The position numbers and the translations under genes were made by a program. DNA of 51,963 nucleotides from Bacteroidales bacterium. Lineage in GTDB: Bacteria; Bacteroidota; Bacteroidia; Bacteroidales; Prolixibacteraceae. Of the stretch, positions 20,275-29,864 are shown piece by piece. The DNA lies in the NCBI GenBank assembly GCA_012522835.1, contig JAAYJR010000538.1:1-51963 (forward strand), written 5' to 3'. The notes beneath the pieces were generated by a model that worked only from the letters and a program-made list of their open reading frames with translations, ran no database searches and was not told the origin of the DNA. Position 1 is the first letter of the stretch; each line of letters begins with the position of its first letter.

Positions 20275-21435
20275 TTAAAATAATTTTTTTGCACCGTCAC
20301 TTATCTCAGCTACGTAAAATTCAGGTTTTAAACCGGATTTCATGGTATAATTTTTACCGACCTCTTCAATAAACGTATCAACAGCTTCCTCTTTAACCAG
20401 GCTTACCGTACAACCGCCAAATCCTCCTCCTGTCATTCTTGAACCGATAACTCCTTCTATTTTATAAGCCTCTTCGACCATCGTGTCAAGCTCCGGTCCT
20501 GTTACCTCATAATCGTCTCGCAACGACGAATGAGATTCATTCATGAGGATGCCGAAGCGCTCTATATTATTATTTTTAAGCTGGCTGACAGCTTCTTTAG
20601 TCCTGGCAATTTCACTGATCACATGCCTTGCCCGGCGCATAACCACCTTATCAACAAATTTTTCCTCAATCGCCTTAAACTCTTCCATTGTGCAGTCTGC
20701 AAGCATCTGTACAGGTTTATACCTGCTAATCTCTATAACGGCAGCTTTGCATTCTGATACTCTCTGGTTATAAACTCCCGAATCGAGTTTATGGGGACTA
20801 TTGGTATTTGATATAACGATTTTGACACCATTCAGCTTAACCGGAACAAGCTCATATTCAAGAGTATCACAATTCAGATATATTGCATGGTCCGATTTAC
20901 CCATCCCTGAAGCAAACTGGTCCATGATCCCACACATCACACCGGCAAACTCATGTTCAGCTTTCTGTGCCATCTTTATCAGCTCCAGCATCTCTATCCC
21001 AAGGTTCCATGTATCATTTATAGCCACTGCTGATGCCATTTCGAGTGAAGCTGAGGAGGACAATCCGGCCCCGTTTGGCACATTTCCGTATATTAATATA
21101 TCCGCTCCTTCATTAAATTTAACCCCTCGTTTCAAAAACTGGGCAAAAACTCCGATGGGATAATTGACCCACTCCCTGCCAACAGGCCTGTCTAAATCCT
21201 TAATATCTACAACTGCCTCAAAACCGAGGTTTACAGAAGCCAATCTGACAGATTTCCTCTCAGTTTTTCTGATTAGACAGAAGGTTCCGAAGCTAATGGC
21301 ACAGGGAAAAACAAAACCTCCGTTATAATCGGTATGTTCACCTATAAGGTTAACCCTGCCGGGAGCAAAATAACAATGCAACTCACCCTTTCCGTACTTT
21401 TCGTTAAACTTTCTTTTTAGCTGGTCAATATTCAT
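20275..21435 (-). CDS. galK: Galactokinase
   Basis: Galactokinase signature GRVNLIGEHTDYNGG and GHMP motif PNGAGLSSSAS. Confidence 0.9.
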   Translation of the reverse strand: MNIDQLKRKFNEKYGKGELHCYFAPGRVNLIGEHTDYNGGFVFPCAISFGTFCLIRKTERKSVRLASVNLGFEAVVDIKDLDRPVGREWVNYPIGVFAQFLKRGVKFNEGADILIYGNVPNGAGLSSSASLEMASAVAINDTWNLGIEMLELIKMAQKAEHEFAGVMCGIMDQFASGMGKSDHAIYLNCDTLEYELVPVKLNGVKIVISNTNSPHKLDSGVYNQRVSECKAAVIEISRYKPVQMLADCTMEEFKAIEEKFVDKVVMRRARHVISEIARTKEAVSQLKNNNIERFGILMNESHSSLRDDYEVTGPELDTMVEEAYKIEGVIGSRMTGGGFGGCTVSLVKEEAVDTFIEEVGKNYTMKSGLKPEFYVAEISDGAKKLF

Positions 21436-21638
21436 AATAACTGATTTTTTACTAAAGCGTCAATTGTTTGAGTAATCACGCCCGGGTATGAACAAAAAAT
21501 GTGCATAGCACATATCATACTTATAAACAACTTATATTATGAGAGATAAAACTCCCGGAATTTTTAGTTAACAAATGTATAAAAAATTCCAAAACAGATT
21601 AAGATTTTCTCTTAAATCGGATTATTGCCATTTTTTTA

Positions 21639-21646
21639 TACATTTG
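21639..21646 (+). promoter_or_regulatory. Candidate -7 promoter box (TAnnTTTG)
   Basis: TACATTTG lies 83 nt upstream of the GTG start at 21729. Confidence 0.25.
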
Positions 21647-21728
21647 GACAAAAATCGTATCAAATATCATAAAAAATTCAGATTACGATTTACATATGAT
21701 ACTTTTTAAATAACCAATTTATAATCAT

Positions 21729-23633
21729 GTGAAGACAATAATCGAACTTTTTGAAACAACAGTCGCCAACTATCCCGACAATGTATATCTATGGGAAAAA
21801 AAAGAGGGAATATACAAAGGCACAACCTATAAGGAGACAAGAGTACAGGTACTGAAACTTGCAGCAGGGCTGATTTCAATCGGATTAAACAAAGGAGAAA
21901 GATCAGGATTGATCGCAGACGGGTGCAATAACTGGATTATAAGTGAACTTGGAATTCTGTATGCAGGTGGCATAAATGTTCCGTTGTCCATAAGATTACA
22001 AGAGAATGACCTTATTTTCAGACTTAAACACAGTGACGCTAAATATATTTTTGTGTCTGCCCCCTATGTGGCAAAAGTGGAGGCGATCAGGGAAAGCCTG
22101 CCCGGGTTAAAAAAAGTAATTTTTATAGATGGCAGTAAAAATCCCGGAAGGGACGGTATCAGCCTTGATGAACTGTTGGCTGCCGGAGAAGAATATCTCA
22201 AAACTTCCCCCGGAGAGGTCGATAAGGTATGGAAAAGTATTCAACCCGATGACCTGGCAAATATAAGTTACACCTCTGGGACAACAGCCGACCCTAAAGG
22301 TATAATGCTGTCTCATCTCAACTATGCTGCCAATGTGGTTCAGTCAAATACACTAATGGAATTGCAACCTGAATGGAAGACACTGGCTATTTTACCCTGG
22401 GATCATGCTTTTGCACACACCTGCTGCCTGTATGCATTTATGTATAAGGGTGCAAGTATTGCATCAGTCGAAGTTGGCAGGTCCCCGCTCGAAACGCTTA
22501 AGAATATTCCCATGAATATTAAGGAGGTCAAACCAACCTTAATGATGAGTGTGCCGGCATTCTCCAAAAAATTCAGACAAAACATTGAAGGACAGATCCG
22601 TAAAAAAGGCAAGACTATCAACGGACTTTTCAGGTTTGCCCTGAAAACAGGCTATGTATATAACAACATGGGATATAACAGGGGAAAAGGCTGGAGATTC
22701 CTCCTGAAGCCACTGTTATGGCTGTTTGATGTGATCCTGTTCAAAAAGATCAGGGAAGGATTTGGAGGTGAGCTGAAGTTCTTCATAGGTGGGGGCGCAC
22801 TGCTCGATATAGAGTTACAACGATTCTTTTATACTATAGGTATGCCTGTATGCCAGGGTTACGGACTTACAGAATCATCTCCGGTTATCTCCTCCAATGC
22901 CTTGCATGCAATTAAGTTCGGTTCTTCGGGACGGCTTGTTAAATATCTCGAGCTTAAGATACTTGACGAAAACGGAAATGAAATGCCTGTCGGACAAAAA
23001 GGTGAAATCGTTGTTAAAGGTGATAATGTAATGGTTGGATACTGGAATAATCCTGTTGCTACTGCTGAGACAATAAAAGACGGATGGCTTTATACCGGTG
23101 ATATGGGCTATATGGATAAAGACGGTTTCTTATATGTACTGGGGCGTTTTAAAAGCCTGCTGATAGGTGATGACGGAGAAAAATACAGCCCTGAGGGGAT
23201 AGAGGAAGCAATACTGGAAAAATCAACTTTCATCCAGCAGATGATCCTCTACAATAATCAATCCCCTTATACTTCTGCAATGATCGTCCCTGAAATTGAC
23301 CAGATAAATAAAAAACTGAATCAATGCGGTATGGAACCCGGAGGTGAGGAGGGCAACAGAGAAACTGTCCGTTTAATTGCCGAAGAGATCAATGCCTTTA
23401 AAAAAGGCGGACAGTATGAAAATATGTTTCCTGAGAGATGGCTTCCGGCAACATTTGTAATCCTGCCGGAATCTTTTAACCAGGAGAACAGATTGTTAAA
23501 CACTACTATGAAAGTGGTAAGAGGTAAAACATACGAATATTTTAGCGAAGAGCTAAAATTCTTATATACACCTGCCGCGAAAAAGACAGAGAATGAGATG
23601 AATCTTTCTGCTGTTAAAAAATGGAATTCATAA
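21729..23633 (+). CDS. AMP-dependent synthetase/ligase, long-chain acyl-CoA synthetase-like
   Basis: YTSGTTADPKG (AMP-binding core), QGYGLTE, GWLYTGDMGYMDKDGFLYVLGRFK. GTG start, with no in-frame ATG nearby. Confidence 0.8.
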   Translation: MKTIIELFETTVANYPDNVYLWEKKEGIYKGTTYKETRVQVLKLAAGLISIGLNKGERSGLIADGCNNWIISELGILYAGGINVPLSIRLQENDLIFRLKHSDAKYIFVSAPYVAKVEAIRESLPGLKKVIFIDGSKNPGRDGISLDELLAAGEEYLKTSPGEVDKVWKSIQPDDLANISYTSGTTADPKGIMLSHLNYAANVVQSNTLMELQPEWKTLAILPWDHAFAHTCCLYAFMYKGASIASVEVGRSPLETLKNIPMNIKEVKPTLMMSVPAFSKKFRQNIEGQIRKKGKTINGLFRFALKTGYVYNNMGYNRGKGWRFLLKPLLWLFDVILFKKIREGFGGELKFFIGGGALLDIELQRFFYTIGMPVCQGYGLTESSPVISSNALHAIKFGSSGRLVKYLELKILDENGNEMPVGQKGEIVVKGDNVMVGYWNNPVATAETIKDGWLYTGDMGYMDKDGFLYVLGRFKSLLIGDDGEKYSPEGIEEAILEKSTFIQQMILYNNQSPYTSAMIVPEIDQINKKLNQCGMEPGGEEGNRETVRLIAEEINAFKKGGQYENMFPERWLPATFVILPESFNQENRLLNTTMKVVRGKTYEYFSEELKFLYTPAAKKTENEMNLSAVKKWNS

Positions 23634-23651
23634 AAATCACTTCTGCTATTT

Positions 23652-24665
23652 ATGATAATCGAAACTTTTTGTTACCCGCGTGCTGCTTTAATTGGAAATC
23701 CGTCGGACGGCTATTTCGGAAAAACCATTGCCTTTCTGTTTTCTAATTCACAGGCAAGGGTACAACTTTACCATACACCTGAGCTCGACATACAACCTCA
23801 AAGGCTTGACAAAACAAGGTTTAACAGTATCAGAGAACTGGTAGAAAATGTAAATCACTCCGGTTATTATGGTGGAATCAGATTACTTAAGGCGACTATC
23901 AAAGTATTTTACGATTATTGTAAAGGGAATAATATTTCGATAGACAATCGTAATTTCACGATCAGGTATGAGTCAAATATTCCACTAAGACTCGGATTAG
24001 CAGGCAGCAGCGCAATAATTACTGCGTGCATGAAAGCACTGATAACATTTTACGGGGTGTCAATTCCAAAGCCAATTTTAGCAAATCTTGTCCTTAACGT
24101 TGAAGATAAGGAACTGGGCATAGCTGCCGGGTTGCAGGACCGGGTGGTACAGGCTTACGGACAGCCTGTATATATGGATTTCAACAGGGAAGTAATGAAA
24201 AAACAGGGATTTGGATTTTATGAGGAGCTTGACGCATCTCTTTTCCCTGATATATATATTGCTTACAGAAAAAATCTGTCGGAGGGAACCGAAGTCCTGC
24301 ATAATAACCTTCGTGCACGTTTTAATATTGGTGAAAATGCGGTGGTGGATGCAATGAAGAAATGGGCCGGGTACACAGACCTGTTCAGGGAAGCGTTGAA
24401 AAATAAGGATTATCAGGCAATGCATGACCTTATTAATGCAAATTTTGATCTGCGAAGAAGCCTTATCCCTATCACACAGGGAAATATTGAGATGGTTGAG
24501 ACAGCCAGATCTACAGGGGCTTCAGCCAAATTCACCGGATCGGGAGGAGCCATAATAGGCACCTATAAAGATGAGTATATGTTCCTTAAACTGAAAAAAG
24601 TTTTGGGAGAAAAAGGTATTGAAGTAATAAAACCAAACATAGTAAATTGTTATAAAGATGATTAA
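23652..24665 (+). CDS. GHMP-family sugar-1-kinase, glucuronokinase-like
   Basis: IGNPSDGYFGKTI, GYYGGIRLL, GHMP motif LGLAGSSAIITA, ELGIAAGLQDRVVQAYG and KFTGSGGA. As I recall them, these blocks match plant-type glucuronokinase (EC 2.7.1.43). Confidence 0.6.
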   Translation: MIIETFCYPRAALIGNPSDGYFGKTIAFLFSNSQARVQLYHTPELDIQPQRLDKTRFNSIRELVENVNHSGYYGGIRLLKATIKVFYDYCKGNNISIDNRNFTIRYESNIPLRLGLAGSSAIITACMKALITFYGVSIPKPILANLVLNVEDKELGIAAGLQDRVVQAYGQPVYMDFNREVMKKQGFGFYEELDASLFPDIYIAYRKNLSEGTEVLHNNLRARFNIGENAVVDAMKKWAGYTDLFREALKNKDYQAMHDLINANFDLRRSLIPITQGNIEMVETARSTGASAKFTGSGGAIIGTYKDEYMFLKLKKVLGEKGIEVIKPNIVNCYKDD

Positions 24666-25527
24666 AAAAGCTGTAATTCCAGCTGCCGGCTGGGGAACGA
24701 GATTTCTTCCCATTACCAAATCACAGCCGAAAGAGATGATCCCTATTGTTGACACACCTGTTATACAATATGTTGTAGAGGAAGCTGTATCAAGCGGCAT
24801 TACCGATATTTTGATGATCATCGGAAAAGGGAAAAGGGCTATTGAAGAACACTTCGACAGAAGCCCGGTACTTGAGGAGTCATTGTTGGCAAAACAGCAA
24901 TATGACCTTCTAGAACAGATAAAAAAGATATCCAATCTTGCCAATATATATTTTATCTGGCAAAAGGAGATGAACGGATTAGGCGATGCAATCCGCTATG
25001 CCCGTGACCATGTCGGCAACGAACCTTTTGCTGTACTGCTCGGAGATACTCTTATAAGCGGTGAAGGAGAACCTATAACCAAACAACTTATTGATGTCTA
25101 TGAGAGATATAAAAGTTCAGTAGTTGCGCTGGAAGAAGTATCAATGGAAAATGTTCACAAATACGGAATTATTAAAGGTAAACAGCTGGAAAAAAATGTC
25201 CTTATTGCAGAAGATTTTATTGAAAAACCTTCCATTGGAGAAGCTCCTTCAAACCTTGCCATTGCGAGCCGGTATGTTTTTACACCGGAAATTTTTGATT
25301 ACCTGGATAATACAAAACCCGGTAAGAATAATGAAATTCAGCTTACTGATGCCATGAAGGAGATGGTCAAAAAATATGCTATGTACGGACTAAAGTTCAA
25401 GGGTACAAGGTACGATATCGGAAATAAGCTGGATTTTCTCAAGACCAATATTATTTACGGACTTGTACACGAGGAGGTAGGCGAGCCACTTCGTGAATGG
25501 CTTAAAGATTTTATAAAGGAACTGTGA
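24658..25527 (+). CDS. galU: UTP--glucose-1-phosphate uridylyltransferase family (UDP-sugar pyrophosphorylase)
   Basis: KAVIPAAGWGTRFLPITKSQPKEMIPIVD N-terminal signature. Its ATG overlaps the 3' end of the kinase gene by 8 nt (GATGATTAA). Confidence 0.85.
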   Translation: MIKKAVIPAAGWGTRFLPITKSQPKEMIPIVDTPVIQYVVEEAVSSGITDILMIIGKGKRAIEEHFDRSPVLEESLLAKQQYDLLEQIKKISNLANIYFIWQKEMNGLGDAIRYARDHVGNEPFAVLLGDTLISGEGEPITKQLIDVYERYKSSVVALEEVSMENVHKYGIIKGKQLEKNVLIAEDFIEKPSIGEAPSNLAIASRYVFTPEIFDYLDNTKPGKNNEIQLTDAMKEMVKKYAMYGLKFKGTRYDIGNKLDFLKTNIIYGLVHEEVGEPLREWLKDFIKEL

Positions 25528-25574
25528 TTGGGGAGATGGATCTGTTAACAACCTGTTTTTATCAGAAAGGGATA

Positions 25575-26279
25575 TTATTCATGCAGGCCGCACTCTTTAC
25601 CTGAATTTTGTTCCCACCACCAGCGCCCGGCACGAAAATTTTCACCGGGCTTCACGGCTCTTGTACATGGTTCACATCCTATGCTTACAAAACCTTTGTC
25701 GTGTAAAACATTATATGGCACATTGTGCTGTCTGATATATTGCCTTACCTCCTCCAGACTCCATTCCAGCAAAGGGTTAAATTTAATGATCCCGTTACTG
25801 CTATCCCACTCAATTTCATTTAAACTGCTGCGATTTTCCGATTGAGCTGCCCTCAGTCCCGTGATCCATATCATATTATCTTTCAATGCTCTCTTCAGAG
25901 GAATAACCTTCCTTATATAGCAGCACTCTTTTCTGTTCTCCAACGATTCATAGAAACTGAAAGGCCCCTTCTCGTTCAATAACTTTTCGACCCTGTCCTG
26001 AGGAGGGAAACAGGCAGTTATTGTCTTGTTGTATCTTTCAAGAGTAGACCTCCACACTTTATAAGTCTCCTCAAAAAGTCGCCCGGTATCGAGTGTGGCA
26101 ACTTTAACAGACAGGTCATTTTTAAATATCATATCTGTAATCACCTGATCTTCAAAGCCAAAACTTGTAGTAAAAATTACTTTACCGGGATATTCATCAG
26201 TAAGGTAACTAATTTTTTGAATGATATCCCTGCCCTGCAAAACAGAAATTAAATTATTTGCTAAATCTTCTCCTCTCAT
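25575..26279 (-). CDS. cysH: Adenylyl-sulfate/phosphoadenylyl-sulfate reductase (thioredoxin-dependent), Fe-S (APS) type
   Basis: C-terminal catalytic ECGLHE. Cys-pair motifs CCYIRKVIPL (CCxxRKxxPL) and SIGCEPCT (SxGCxxCT), which are diagnostic of [4Fe-4S] APS reductases. Confidence 0.85.
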   Translation of the reverse strand: MRGEDLANNLISVLQGRDIIQKISYLTDEYPGKVIFTTSFGFEDQVITDMIFKNDLSVKVATLDTGRLFEETYKVWRSTLERYNKTITACFPPQDRVEKLLNEKGPFSFYESLENRKECCYIRKVIPLKRALKDNMIWITGLRAAQSENRSSLNEIEWDSSNGIIKFNPLLEWSLEEVRQYIRQHNVPYNVLHDKGFVSIGCEPCTRAVKPGENFRAGRWWWEQNSGKECGLHE

Positions 26280-26305
26280 AAATATAAATTTCAGGGTTTA
26301 TCCTG

Positions 26306-26902
26306 TCAAACATTATTTGAAGTCTTAAAAAAGCTCTCATAAATTTTAAGGGCCACCCATGCATCTGTGGCGGCATATATTTTTTGTGCATCACTTAGTT
26401 CATGAGATTCCCAGTTGGAAAGCTGCTGTGATTTAGAAATCCTGAACCCTAAAACTATAGCAGCAAGCTTTTTAAGGCTGAAATTCTTAATCCCGAACTC
26501 TTTAGCATAATTCTGCAATTCAATAAATCCATCAGGATTAAACCTTTTCATTTGCTGCAGCCCTTTTATATCATCCCTGATAGCGACACCAGGTTTTACA
26601 ATTTTCGCACTGGACAATATCTTCTTTATCTCTGAGGGGAGTCCGAGTCTGTTAATCCGGAATAAAAACGCATGACTGGAAGCAGACAATTGTAATAGTG
26701 CAACCTTATTCAGGTTACCTTTTTGAAATGATGGCTTAGTCTCGGTATCAAAGCCAAGTACCGGAAATTCAGAAAGAAATTCAGCAGCACTTTTTACCTG
26801 CCGTGAATGTTCAACTACAATAATCTCTCCTTCAAACCACCGGAGTGGCATATCTGCGAGCTCCTCTTTTGTAATACTTTCTTTATAAATCATTTGCATC
26901 AT
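26306..26902 (-). CDS. 3'-5' exonuclease domain protein (DEDD, RNase D/WRN-exo-like)
   Basis: LGFDTETKP (ExoI), KVALLQLS, VKPGVAIRDDIKGL (ExoII), YAATDAWVALKIY (ExoIII). Three possible ATG starts (26902, 26899, 26893), all overlapping the upstream gene. Confidence 0.8.
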   Translation of the reverse strand: MMQMIYKESITKEELADMPLRWFEGEIIVVEHSRQVKSAAEFLSEFPVLGFDTETKPSFQKGNLNKVALLQLSASSHAFLFRINRLGLPSEIKKILSSAKIVKPGVAIRDDIKGLQQMKRFNPDGFIELQNYAKEFGIKNFSLKKLAAIVLGFRISKSQQLSNWESHELSDAQKIYAATDAWVALKIYESFFKTSNNV

Positions 26903-27518
26903 CCTTGGAATGGGAATCCCAAAATTTATCCAACCACTCAGATCTCACTTTCAACGGATGATTATCAGGTTCATTCTCCGTGCCGGGATCCGATTTGCCG
27001 GTCATTATCATATGTACAGCCCTTAAAACATTCACCAGGCGCTGTCCCCAGAAATCTTCAAAATGGTATTCACAATCATATAGTGCATCATTCATTATTT
27101 CTTCATTGCCAATACTATATGCAATAATAAAATCTTTCAGGTCCTGGTATATGTCTGTCAAACTCTCAGAAATACTTGCGGTAACTGGTTCTCCGCTAAA
27201 CTGCAGGTCCGGATCAAAGACTTCATAATAACTGTCATTTTCACCCAGCAGGTCAAGCCATCTTTGCTGGACTACATTGTAATCCATTTCGCTGATATAT
27301 TTTTCCAGCTCATTCTCCAATATCTTTTCTGTCTTCGGTAGCATTGATGCTTTAAGATAGAGAAGAGGCAGCATCCGCTGCATCTTATGCATATTCTCTT
27401 TAAATTCAAAGTTCCGGACATTCTCCATAAGGCTGCAGAATTCACTTGCAACGGTAACAAATTCAACCGTATTTTTAGAATATACTAAAGAATGTAAAAT
27501 GTCATTTTCCATTTTCAT
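26883..27518 (-). CDS. Conserved hypothetical protein (DUF5063-like)
   Basis: 211-aa acidic soluble protein whose stop overlaps the exonuclease start. The DUF5063 assignment is from memory of Bacteroidales synteny and is not verified. Confidence 0.5.
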   Translation of the reverse strand: MKMENDILHSLVYSKNTVEFVTVASEFCSLMENVRNFEFKENMHKMQRMLPLLYLKASMLPKTEKILENELEKYISEMDYNVVQQRWLDLLGENDSYYEVFDPDLQFSGEPVTASISESLTDIYQDLKDFIIAYSIGNEEIMNDALYDCEYHFEDFWGQRLVNVLRAVHMIMTGKSDPGTENEPDNHPLKVRSEWLDKFWDSHSKDDANDL

Positions 27519-27628
27519 CTTATTAAAATTGTTTATTTATATGGTATAAGATGGAACTCGCACATGTTTTAATTATACTCTTTTGTTATTTTACAATCTT
27601 GCTCGTTTCAATGTAATTCAAACAGATG

Positions 27629-27636
27629 CAAAAGTA
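27629..27636 (-). promoter_or_regulatory. Candidate -7 promoter box (TAnnTTTG) for the DUF5063-like/exonuclease pair
   Basis: The minus strand reads TACTTTTG, about 110 nt upstream of the ATG at 27518. Confidence 0.25.
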
Positions 27637-27724
27637 AAAAAGATTTCCAAGAATTTTATCCGTAATCTTTTTTGTTAAAGTGTTCCGGCCAAAACGGCCA
27701 TATACACATAAGCAGGGAAGACAG

Positions 27725-29632
27725 TCACAGATCCTGATGCCACTCCAGTTTTCTGTCTATACGAAAAACAATTTTATTATTATCAACCAGCCACTTAACA
27801 ACTTCAACACTCCTTTCCCTGTCGCCCGGCAATTTAAAAATCAACTCCTCATATGAACAGGGTGTACTTAAAATTTGTTTTGCCTGTTCACTGATATTAT
27901 TAAATTCTGCAGAGCTTAATCCTTTATCTTTCATTGACTGGCATACATCGCAGCTGCCGCATTCTGATGCATCTGTCTCTCCAAAATACCGGAGCAGCAT
28001 TCGGCTCCTGCATACTGAACTGTTTGTTGCATAGTTAATAACTGCTTCTGTGCGTTCTGTGTAATCTTTTTTCCGGAGGTCATAATTCTCTTCTGACAGC
28101 CTGATCCGGTCAATTTTCAGACGCTCCTTGCTAAAGTATATGTAGGGAGTAGTTTTCCTGGGAATGTAATCGATAATTTTTGATTTCCTCAGGTATTTTA
28201 AAAATTTATAGATCGTCTCACTGTCGAGCCCCGATCTTTTTCCCAGAACCTCCTCATCTATGTGCACATAATTATTGAAAAGCCCGGTGTAAGATCTGAG
28301 GATTAATTTTATAAACTGGTCAAATTCTGCATTTGCTACCTGGAACTTATAGAGATCATCACGTGAAACTGTAAAAAATATACGTGAAGGGGTGTCAATT
28401 TCTCCTGTAAACTCAAGATATCCTTCCCTCTGCAATATTTTCAGGCTGTTAAAAACCATAGTTTGTCCGATGTTATATAACCTGGAAAAATTCTGAAGGT
28501 TAAATTCATAAACCTGGCCCTTGCCAAAACCCTCAGCAATCTGATAATAGTTACACAGAGCCTGATATACCCTTTTTATTTTATCCGGTTCAGGAAAGGC
28601 AGCTGCGACATGTTTTTTCAGCCTGGTTTTATCTGCATTATTAAAAAGCAGAACAGCAACAGCTTTTTTTCCATCCCTCCCTGCCCTTCCGGCTTCCTGA
28701 AAATATGCCTCGAGCGAATCGGGGGGATCAAAATGTACAACAAACCTTACATCAGGTTTATCAATTCCCATTCCGAAAGCATTTGTGGCAATGATAATAC
28801 GCAACTTTCCCGATAACCACTCATCCTGTTTTTTATTACGGACACTGTTTTTTAACCCTGCATGATAATAGTCGGCTGAAATCCCCTTTTTTCGCAGTTT
28901 CCCGGCAATTTCCTTTGTCGCCTTTCTGCTTCTGACATAGACTATTCCTGATCCTTTTACAGCTTTAAGTGTTTCCATGAGATAATCAGCCTTATTCTCG
29001 CGCAATCGCACCAGATAGTTCAGATTTTCCCTCTGAAAAGACATTTTTATTACATTAGGCTTTTTAAACCCCAGTTTATTCTGAATATCAGCCGCAACTT
29101 TGGGAGTGGCAGTGGCAGTAAGTGCCAGGAACCTGACAGATGGTAACAACTCTCTCAGCTGAACAATATTCATGTAGCTGGGCCTGAAATCGTAGCCCCA
29201 TTGTGAAATACAATGTGCTTCATCAACTGTTACCAGGTTGACATTCATACCTGAAAGCCGTTGTCTGAATTTATCTGAGTTCAACCGTTCAGGAGCTAAG
29301 TAAAGAAATTTATAATCGCCCCACACTGCGTTATCAAGAGCTATATTTATTTCGCGGGCCGACATACCGCTATGTATCTGCAATGCCCTGATACCTTTGC
29401 GGTGCAGGTTCTCAACCTGGTCTTTCATCAGCGCTATCAAAGGGGTAATAACAATACACAGGCCTTCCCGGGACAGTGAATATACCTGGAAAGTAATGGA
29501 TTTACCACCACCTGTAGGCATTAATCCCAAAGTATCATTACCCGATGCAACTGAATTGATAATATCTAACTGCAGCGGGCGAAAATCAGGATAACCCCAG
29601 TATTTTTGAAGAATTTTTCTGAAACCATCCAT
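27725..29632 (-). CDS. recQ: ATP-dependent DNA helicase RecQ
   Basis: LMPTGGGKS (motif I), TVDEAHCISQWGYDFRPSY (DEAH box), ATNAFGMGIDKPDVRFV, QEAGRAGRDG, and Zn-binding CRSRMLLRYFGE...CGSCDVC. Confidence 0.9.
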   Translation of the reverse strand: MDGFRKILQKYWGYPDFRPLQLDIINSVASGNDTLGLMPTGGGKSITFQVYSLSREGLCIVITPLIALMKDQVENLHRKGIRALQIHSGMSAREINIALDNAVWGDYKFLYLAPERLNSDKFRQRLSGMNVNLVTVDEAHCISQWGYDFRPSYMNIVQLRELLPSVRFLALTATATPKVAADIQNKLGFKKPNVIKMSFQRENLNYLVRLRENKADYLMETLKAVKGSGIVYVRSRKATKEIAGKLRKKGISADYYHAGLKNSVRNKKQDEWLSGKLRIIIATNAFGMGIDKPDVRFVVHFDPPDSLEAYFQEAGRAGRDGKKAVAVLLFNNADKTRLKKHVAAAFPEPDKIKRVYQALCNYYQIAEGFGKGQVYEFNLQNFSRLYNIGQTMVFNSLKILQREGYLEFTGEIDTPSRIFFTVSRDDLYKFQVANAEFDQFIKLILRSYTGLFNNYVHIDEEVLGKRSGLDSETIYKFLKYLRKSKIIDYIPRKTTPYIYFSKERLKIDRIRLSEENYDLRKKDYTERTEAVINYATNSSVCRSRMLLRYFGETDASECGSCDVCQSMKDKGLSSAEFNNISEQAKQILSTPCSYEELIFKLPGDRERSVEVVKWLVDNNKIVFRIDRKLEWHQDL

Positions 29633-29826
29633 ACTTAACCTGTTTAGAATATTAACTTTTTATCACCGAATTGCTTTAAAATTCAGGTATTCTTCCGAAA
29701 AAATTCAATTATTGCTCTTGTGCTGCGTAAGATGTAAAAATAATATTTCCCTTTCGTTTAACAATTTTTATCGTTCTAAACACTTTCAATAACAATATAT
29801 TTAAATAGCCTTATTCTATTTTTTTG

Positions 29827-29834
29827 TAGTTTTG
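29827..29834 (+). promoter_or_regulatory. Candidate -7 promoter box (TAnnTTTG) for guaB
   Basis: TAGTTTTG lies 31 nt upstream of the guaB ATG. Confidence 0.35.
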
Positions 29835-29864
29835 CGGTCTAAAGTATAATTTAAACAGCGGCCC

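Noticed and set aside
27660-27724. GGCCGTTTTGGCC (minus strand) just downstream of recQ as an intrinsic terminator.
   Set aside because: The stem is only 4 bp and there is no following U-tract, which is too weak to call.
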